A stretch of 64,000 nt of DNA, from assembly GCF_054482525.1 (NCBI RefSeq), contig NZ_CM137006.1, one strand, 5' to 3'. Every line of letters starts with the position of its first letter. The stretch's first letter is position 1. The notes under the pieces are model-generated. The model had not been told where the DNA came from. It ran no database searches and saw only the letters and a list, made by a program, of their open reading frames with translations. Both the position numbers and the translations under genes were made by a program. This document shows positions 54,583-64,000 of the stretch, one piece after another.

Positions 54583-57456
54583 ATGACACAGACGTTAAGC
54601 CAGCTTGAAAACAGCGGCGCTTTTATTGAACGCCATATCGGACCGGATGCCGCGCAACAGCAAGAAATGCTGAATGCCGTTGGCGCACAATCGTTAAACG
54701 CGCTGACCGGCCAGATTGTGCCGAAAGATATTCAGCTTGCGACCCCGCCGCAGGTTGGCGCACCGGCGACCGAATACGCCGCGCTGGCGGAACTCAAGGC
54801 TATTGCCAGTCGCAATAAACGCTTCACGTCTTACATCGGCATGGGTTACACCGCCGTGCAGCTACCGCCGGTTATCCTGCGTAATATGCTGGAAAATCCG
54901 GGCTGGTATACCGCGTATACTCCGTATCAACCTGAAGTCTCCCAGGGCCGCCTTGAAGCACTGCTCAACTTCCAGCAGGTAACGCTGGATTTAACCGGGC
55001 TGGATATGGCCTCTGCTTCTCTTCTTGACGAAGCCACCGCTGCCGCCGAAGCAATGGCGATGGCGAAACGCGTCAGCAAACTGAAAAATGCCAACCGCTT
55101 CTTCGTGGCTTCCGATGTGCATCCGCAAACGCTGGATGTGGTCCGTACTCGTGCCGAAACCTTTGGTTTTGAAGTGATTGTCGATGATGCGCAAAAAGTG
55201 CTCGACCATCAGGACGTCTTCGGCGTGCTGTTACAGCAGGTTGGCACTACCGGTGAAATTCACGACTACACTGCGCTCATCAGCGAACTGAAATCACGCA
55301 AAATTGTGGTCAGTGTCGCCGCCGATATTATGGCGCTGGTGCTGTTAACTGCGCCGGGTAAACAGGGCGCGGATATTGTCTTTGGTTCGGCGCAACGCTT
55401 CGGTGTGCCGATGGGCTACGGTGGCCCACACGCAGCATTCTTTGCGGCGAAAGATGAATACAAACGCTCAATGCCGGGCCGTATTATCGGTGTATCGAAA
55501 GATGCAGCTGGCAATACCGCTCTGCGCATGGCGATGCAGACTCGCGAGCAACATATTCGCCGTGAGAAAGCGAACTCCAACATTTGTACTTCCCAGGTAC
55601 TGCTGGCAAACATCGCCAGCCTGTATGCCGTTTATCACGGCCCGGTTGGCCTGAAACGTATCGCTAACCGCATTCACCGTCTGACCGATATCCTGGCGGC
55701 AGGCCTGCAACAAAAAGGTCTGAAGCTGCGCCATGCGCACTATTTCGACACTCTGTGTGTGGAAGTGGCCGACAAGGCGGGCGTACTGGCGCGTGCCGAA
55801 GCGGCTGAAATCAACCTGCGTAGCGATATCCTGAACGCGGTTGGGATCACCCTTGATGAAACCACCACGCGCGAAAACGTGATGCAGCTTTTCAGCGTAC
55901 TGCTGGGGGATAACCACGGCCTGGACATCGACACGCTGGACAAAGACGTGGCTCACGACAGCCGCTCTATCCAGCCTGCGATGCTGCGCGACGACGAAAT
56001 CCTCACCCATCCGGTGTTTAATCGCTACCACAGCGAAACCGAAATGATGCGCTATATGCACTCGCTGGAGCGTAAAGATCTGGCGCTGAATCAGGCGATG
56101 ATCCCGCTGGGTTCCTGCACCATGAAACTGAACGCCGCCGCCGAGATGATCCCCATCACCTGGCCGGAATTTGCCGAACTGCACCCGTTCTGCCCGCCGG
56201 AACAGGCAGAAGGTTATCAGCAGATGATTGCGCAGTTGGCTGACTGGCTGGTGAAACTGACCGGTTACGACGCCGTTTGTATGCAGCCGAACTCCGGCGC
56301 ACAGGGCGAATACGCGGGCCTGCTGGCGATTCGTCATTATCATGAAAGCCGCAACGAAGGGCATCGCGATATCTGCCTGATCCCGGCTTCTGCGCACGGA
56401 ACTAACCCCGCTTCTGCACATATGGCAGGAATGCAGGTGGTGGTTGTGGCGTGTGATAAAAACGGCAACATCGATCTGGCTGATCTGCGCGCGAAAGCGG
56501 AACAAGCGGGCGATAACCTCTCCTGTATCATGGTGACCTATCCTTCCACCCACGGCGTGTATGAAGAAACGATCCGTGAAGTGTGTGAAGTCGTGCATCA
56601 GTTCGGCGGTCAGGTTTACCTTGATGGCGCGAACATGAACGCCCAGGTCGGCATCACCTCACCGGGCTTTATTGGCGCGGACGTCTCGCACCTTAACCTG
56701 CATAAAACTTTCTGCATTCCGCACGGTGGCGGCGGCCCAGGTATGGGACCGATCGGCGTGAAAGCGCATCTGGCACCGTTTGTGCCAGGTCATAGCGTGG
56801 TACAAATAGAAGGCATGTTAACCCGTCAGGGCGCGGTTTCTGCGGCACCGTTCGGTAGCGCATCCATTCTGCCAATCAGCTGGATGTACATCCGCATGAT
56901 GGGCGCAGAAGGGCTGAAAAAAGCAAGCCAGGTGGCAATCCTCAACGCCAACTATATTGCCAGCCGCCTGCAGGATGCCTTCCCGGTGCTGTATACCGGT
57001 CGCGACGGTCGCGTGGCGCACGAATGTATTCTCGATATTCGCCCGCTGAAAGAAGAAACCGGCATCAGCGAACTGGATATTGCCAAGCGTCTGATCGACT
57101 ACGGTTTCCACGCGCCGACCATGTCGTTCCCGGTGGCGGGTACGCTGATGGTTGAACCGACTGAATCTGAAAGCAAAGTGGAACTGGATCGCTTTATCGA
57201 CGCGATGCTGGCTATCCGCGCAGAAATTGACCAGGTGAAAGCCGGTGTCTGGCCGCTGGAAGATAACCCGCTGGTGAACGCGCCGCACATTCAGAGCGAA
57301 CTGGTCGCCGAGTGGGCGCATCCGTACAGCCGTGAAGTTGCGGTATTCCCGGCAGGCGTGGCAGACAAATACTGGCCGACAGTGAAACGTCTGGATGATG
57401 TTTACGGCGACCGTAACCTGTTCTGCTCCTGCGTACCGATTAGCGAATACCAGTAA
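54583..57456 (+). CDS. gcvP: Glycine dehydrogenase (decarboxylating) GcvP, 957 aa
   Basis: Start [21 protein letters not shown] at ATG 54583. Confidence 0.95.
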   Translation: MTQTLSQLENSGAFIERHIGPDAAQQQEMLNAVGAQSLNALTGQIVPKDIQLATPPQVGAPATEYAALAELKAIASRNKRFTSYIGMGYTAVQLPPVILRNMLENPGWYTAYTPYQPEVSQGRLEALLNFQQVTLDLTGLDMASASLLDEATAAAEAMAMAKRVSKLKNANRFFVASDVHPQTLDVVRTRAETFGFEVIVDDAQKVLDHQDVFGVLLQQVGTTGEIHDYTALISELKSRKIVVSVAADIMALVLLTAPGKQGADIVFGSAQRFGVPMGYGGPHAAFFAAKDEYKRSMPGRIIGVSKDAAGNTALRMAMQTREQHIRREKANSNICTSQVLLANIASLYAVYHGPVGLKRIANRIHRLTDILAAGLQQKGLKLRHAHYFDTLCVEVADKAGVLARAEAAEINLRSDILNAVGITLDETTTRENVMQLFSVLLGDNHGLDIDTLDKDVAHDSRSIQPAMLRDDEILTHPVFNRYHSETEMMRYMHSLERKDLALNQAMIPLGSCTMKLNAAAEMIPITWPEFAELHPFCPPEQAEGYQQMIAQLADWLVKLTGYDAVCMQPNSGAQGEYAGLLAIRHYHESRNEGHRDICLIPASAHGTNPASAHMAGMQVVVVACDKNGNIDLADLRAKAEQAGDNLSCIMVTYPSTHGVYEETIREVCEVVHQFGGQVYLDGANMNAQVGITSPGFIGADVSHLNLHKTFCIPHGGGGPGMGPIGVKAHLAPFVPGHSVVQIEGMLTRQGAVSAAPFGSASILPISWMYIRMMGAEGLKKASQVAILNANYIASRLQDAFPVLYTGRDGRVAHECILDIRPLKEETGISELDIAKRLIDYGFHAPTMSFPVAGTLMVEPTESESKVELDRFIDAMLAIRAEIDQVKAGVWPLEDNPLVNAPHIQSELVAEWAHPYSREVAVFPAGVADKYWPTVKRLDDVYGDRNLFCSCVPISEYQ

Positions 57457-57479
57457 TTCACTGATTCGACTATCTTCTA

Positions 57480-57501
57480 AAGGCGCTTCGGCGCCTTTTT
57501 A
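57480..57501 (+). terminator. Rho-independent terminator after gcvP
   Basis: AGGCGC-TTCG-GCGCCT followed by TTTTT. Confidence 0.55.
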
Positions 57502-57534
57502 GTCAGATGACAAAGTACAAAAGTGCTCAGACAG

Positions 57535-57638
57535 TCCCCTCGCCCCTTTGGGGAGAGGGTTAGGGTGAGGGGAACAGGCCGGCACTGGCGCGAATATTTA
57601 CCCTCACCCCGGCCCTCTCCCCAAAGGGGCGAGGGGGA
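57535..57638. repeat. ~100-bp imperfect palindromic intergenic repeat
   Basis: CCCCTCGCCCCTTTGGGGAGAGGGTTAGGGTGAGGGG ... CCCTCACCCCGGCCCTCTCCCCAAAGGGGCGAGGGG; arms are reverse complements. Confidence 0.5.
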
Positions 57639-57722
57639 AAAGCGTGCCAACATTGAAGATTGAGCCAGTTTGTTAGCAATCTCAAAGATACGTCAACGAA
57701 TTAATTTTTCCAGGAAAAACAA

Positions 57723-58466
57723 TTGGCTATAGCACTTGTGACCGGTGGCAGTCGCGGCATCGGGCGGGCAACTGCATTACTGTTGGCGCAAGAAGGGTAT
57801 ACGGTGGCGGTTAATTATCAGCAAAACCTCCACGCGGCGCAGGAAGTGGTGAACTTAATCACGCAAGCTGGTGGCAAGGCATTCGTGCTCCAGGCGGATA
57901 TCAGCGACGAAAATCAGGTCGTCGAGATGTTTACCGCAATCGATCTGCACGATGAACCGCTAGCCGCACTGGTCAATAACGCCGGGATCTTGTTTACCCA
58001 GTGCACCGTAGAAAACCTTACCGCAGAGCGAATCAACCGGGTACTTTCCACCAATGTGACGGGACATTTTCTCTGTTGCCGCGAGGCGGTAAAACGCATG
58101 GCGCTGAAAAATGGCGGTAATGGCGGTGCTATCGTCAACGTCTCTTCAGTGGCCTCACGGCTGGGATCTCCGGGGGAATACGTTGATTATGCGGCATCGA
58201 AAGGGGCGATTGATACGTTAACCACAGGGCTGTCGCTGGAAGTCGCTGCGCAAGGAATTCGCGTTAATGGCGTGCGGCCCGGTTTTATCTATACCGGAAT
58301 GCACGCCAGCGGTGGCGAACCTGGACGCGTTGATCGCGTTAAGTCGAACATCCCCATGCAGCGCGGTGGGCAGGCGGAAGAGGTCGCGCAGGCCATCGTC
58401 TGGCTGTTAAGTGATAAAGCCTCTTATGTCACGGGAAGTTTTATCGATTTGGCGGGCGGAAAATAA
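57723..58466 (+). CDS. ygfF: Short-chain dehydrogenase/reductase YgfF, 247 aa
   Basis: TGGSRGIG cofactor motif; TTG start as in ORF track. Confidence 0.8.
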   Translation: MAIALVTGGSRGIGRATALLLAQEGYTVAVNYQQNLHAAQEVVNLITQAGGKAFVLQADISDENQVVEMFTAIDLHDEPLAALVNNAGILFTQCTVENLTAERINRVLSTNVTGHFLCCREAVKRMALKNGGNGGAIVNVSSVASRLGSPGEYVDYAASKGAIDTLTTGLSLEVAAQGIRVNGVRPGFIYTGMHASGGEPGRVDRVKSNIPMQRGGQAEEVAQAIVWLLSDKASYVTGSFIDLAGGK

Positions 58467-58475
58467 GATGGGAAA

Positions 58476-58512
58476 GTTATCTGACCGGATGCAACACAAT
58501 TGGCGTTGCATC
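58476..58512. terminator. Palindromic hairpin between convergent ygfF and bglA (bidirectional terminator or REP-like)
   Basis: CCGGATGCAAC...GTTGCATCCGG inverted repeat. Confidence 0.4.
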
Positions 58513-58527
58513 CGGCACATCAGATAA

Positions 58528-59988
<1,461 letters not shown>

Positions 59989-60005
59989 TTACAGGAAATA
60001 GTACC

Positions 60006-60317
60006 ATGCAGCCAAACGACATCACTTTTTTTCAACGTTTCCAGGATGACATTCTGGCTGGGCGTAAAACCATCACCATCCGCGACGAGTCTGAATCGCA
60101 CTTCAAAACGGGTGATGTGCTTCGTGTCGGGCGTTTTGAAGATGACGGTTATTTTTGCACGATTGAAGTCACCGCAACCTCAACCGTAACGCAGGATACA
60201 CTGACGGAAAAACATGCAGAGCAGGAAAATATGACCCTGACTGAACTGAAAAAGGTCATTGCCGACATCTATCCCGGTCAGACACAGTTTTATGTGATTG
60301 AATTTAAATGTCTTTAA
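60006..60317 (+). CDS. yqfB: ASCH-domain protein YqfB, 103 aa
   Basis: Full ORF matches K-12 YqfB. Confidence 0.85.
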   Translation: MQPNDITFFQRFQDDILAGRKTITIRDESESHFKTGDVLRVGRFEDDGYFCTIEVTATSTVTQDTLTEKHAEQENMTLTELKKVIADIYPGQTQFYVIEFKCL

Positions 60318-60477
60318 ATTGAACTCACACCTGTTAGTTGAAATTTTTCATTTAATTTCATGATTTTTCGGAGATTAGTCCCAAATCAGAATTTATTTTA
60401 GCTAACAGGTGTTCACTGGAACTATTCTCAGTTACGCTGGAGAGGTTTACACGTGCGTGTACGTTTCTCCGGAGTAA

Positions 60478-61140
<663 letters not shown>

Positions 61141-61216
61141 TGGGTGTGCCTTTGTAGGCCTGAAAAGACACACCCTTGTCGCATCAGGCGATAAATGCAT
61201 GATGCGACACAGAGAT

Positions 61217-62197
61217 TTACTCTTCGAGTGAATACGGCAGCGGCTCGATATGCAATGTATTCGCATCGTCACGCACGCGGAAGATGCTGTCCGGTTCCAT
61301 ATCGTTATTCATGACGACCTGTACCACGACCTGACCATCTTCCAGTTTTACCGCAGCCAGCACGGTTCCGGTACGACGCCAGTTCTCGCCCATTTTCAGC
61401 TCTAAGTCTTCACCGGCTTCCGGCAGTCGGCTGGCGCTACCCGTCAGCAACCAGAGCGCGCGTTTGTTGGCACCACGGAATTTAGCTCGCGCCACCATCT
61501 CTTGTCCGGTATAGCAGCCTTTTTTAAAGCTAATGCCGCCCAGCGCCTGGAGGTTGGTCGCCTGTGGGATAAACTGCCCGCTGTTGGCGGCATCAATCAC
61601 CGGGAAACCCGCTTCAATGTTTAATGCCAGCCACTGTTGGCTATTGTTCAGTTCCGCTTCACCGCGCAGTTTATCGGTCAGCATATTGGCAGTGGCTTCA
61701 TCGGTTACGATCAGGAAACGTTCTGCCGGGTGTTCAAACCATAGCAAAGTGGTCGCGCCTTCTTTAACTACCTGTTTTTCTTTCGAAGGCAGTTCACTAA
61801 AGAGATTTGCCAGCGCGGCGCGCGCCTGAAAACCGGCAACACCAAGCAGCACACGCTCGTCGTCTGGCGCGATGGTCACTTTAGAGAACACCGCATATTT
61901 TTTCAGTTCAGTCAGCTGCGGTTCACGCACGCTGCGCCGTTCAATCCATGCAAAGCCATCGCCGTCGCGGAACAGACGTAAATTGCTCCACATTTTACCT
62001 TTGGCGTCGCAATGGGCGGCGAGCAGGTGCTGATCTTCAGTCATCTGGCTGACATCTGCTGTCACCTGGCCTTGCATATATTTTTCGCTGTCCGCGCCAG
62101 TAATAGTGGCAAGCGCCCAGTCATCAAGCGTCATCAGCGTCAGTGGCAAACGGGCAGAAGCCGTAGGCTGACGGGGAGGAAAAGGTGTAAAAGCCAT
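61217..62197 (-). CDS. ygfZ: Folate-binding tRNA-modifying protein YgfZ, 326 aa
   Basis: Full ORF; GcvT-like fold. Confidence 0.9.
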   Translation of the reverse strand: MAFTPFPPRQPTASARLPLTLMTLDDWALATITGADSEKYMQGQVTADVSQMTEDQHLLAAHCDAKGKMWSNLRLFRDGDGFAWIERRSVREPQLTELKKYAVFSKVTIAPDDERVLLGVAGFQARAALANLFSELPSKEKQVVKEGATTLLWFEHPAERFLIVTDEATANMLTDKLRGEAELNNSQQWLALNIEAGFPVIDAANSGQFIPQATNLQALGGISFKKGCYTGQEMVARAKFRGANKRALWLLTGSASRLPEAGEDLELKMGENWRRTGTVLAAVKLEDGQVVVQVVMNNDMEPDSIFRVRDDANTLHIEPLPYSLEE

Positions 62198-62427
62198 AAT
62201 AGAGTCCTGAGTTGCTTAACGGCGTATTAATAACTAATGGTAAAAGAGCTATGAGGCAATGCAAGTGCTTTCACTACGCGATCTGTGCCTTCTGCGAGGC
62301 GACTTCCAAAAAAATGAAGCCCTTGAATTGTTGTGAATTAATTTCGCGATCGCGATTGTGTTTACTGATATTCCCGCAAAAGAAGTCGAAAAACACGTTA
62401 CAATAGCCGGGTACTGGATTTTCGTGA

Positions 62428-63094
<667 letters not shown>

Positions 63095-63133
63095 AGATGA
63101 CGGCAAAGCATATGCGCTAAGCCGTCAGTGACA

Positions 63134-63655
63134 TCAGGCGTAATGCTCTGCCATTTCGTTGAGGATTTGTTCACACCAGCTCTGAATACGCTCGTCGCTA
63201 AGGTCATACTGGTTAGTTTCGTCCAGCGCCAGCCCCACGAACAGTTGCCCGTCAGCAATCACCGGTTTCGGGCTGGTAAATTCATACCCTTCCGTTGGCC
63301 AGTAGCCGACGAACTTCACGCCTTTGGTCGAGAGTTTGTCATGCAGCATACCGAGCGCATCGAGGAACCACTCGCCGTATCCCAGTTGATCGCCAAGCCC
63401 ATACAGCGCAACAATTTTACCTTCAAGGTTCAGGTCGTCGAGCTGATCCCAGACGGCTTCCCAGTCTTCCTGGATTTCGCCAAAATCCCAGGTCGGGATA
63501 CCCAGAATGAGCACATCGTACTGCTCCATTAATTTCGGGGAGTCGTCCTTGAGGTTATGTAAGGTCACCAGTTCTGGGCCGATAATATCGCGGATTTTTT
63601 CTGCCGCCATTTCGGTGTAACAGGTGCTGGAACCGTAAAAAAGACCCATATTCAT
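63134..63655 (-). CDS. fldB: Flavodoxin 2 FldB, 173 aa
   Basis: Full ORF matches K-12 FldB. Confidence 0.9.
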
Positions 63656-63766
63656 AACGTAAGCTTCTCGATTCTGCTGTGGCTTTTGCGGCTAGTGTAT
63701 CAGAATCGCTTTAGTCACGGCACAATAAGGCATAATGGATCAAATGAGTGACCATAAGGGGCGCAA

Positions 63767-64000
63767 GTGAAACAGGATCTGGCACGCATCGAGCAGTTTC
63801 TTGATGCTCTGTGGCTGGAAAAAAATCTGGCTGAAAATACGTTGAACGCATACCGTCGCGATCTGTCAATGATGGTGGAGTGGTTGCATCACCGCGGGTT
63901 GACGCTGGCGACGGTGCAAAGTGACGATTTGCAGGCATTACTGGCAGAAAGGCTGGAGGGCGGGTATAAAGCCACCAGCTCAGCGCGTTTGCTGAGTGCA
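63767..64000 (+). CDS. xerD: Tyrosine recombinase XerD, N-terminal 78 aa (continues past window end)
   Basis: GTG start after AAGGGG RBS; KQDLARIEQFLDALWLEKNLAENTLNAYRRDL matches XerD. Confidence 0.8.
   Translation, partial: MKQDLARIEQFLDALWLEKNLAENTLNAYRRDLSMMVEWLHHRGLTLATVQSDDLQALLAERLEGGYKATSSARLLSA

Noticed and set aside
55468-56598. 376-aa minus-strand ORF inside gcvP
   Set aside because: Antisense to gcvP; no independent coding signal.

Overview
This window reads as Escherichia coli core chromosome, collinear with the K-12 xerD–fldB … gcvTHP … serA–rpiA … argP–sbm operon … fbaA–pgk–epd … cmt … tktA … speAB … metK–galP … gshB … hemW region, in reverse-complement orientation relative to the usual K-12 map. 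Almost all coding sequences are intact housekeeping genes that I recognise by translation; 6S RNA (ssrS), the IbsC/SibC type I toxin-antitoxin, REP/BIME and ERIC repeats and many rho-independent terminators are also present. No CRISPR array, tRNA, rRNA, IS element or prophage was seen. Against my recollection of K-12 gene order (not verifiable here), four places carry extra DNA: (1) a LysR-controlled redox module between argP and rpiA, containing a NOX/ferric-reductase-like flavocytochrome, where K-12 has only the yqfE pseudogene remnant; (2) a lipoprotein gene between speA and speB that is interrupted by a G10 homopolymer frameshift; (3) an SPFH/band-7 membrane protein gene between tktA and cmtB; (4) a TRAP-type solute-binding protein gene beside hemW at the window start. 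These four are the most interesting loci. None resembles a known defence system.
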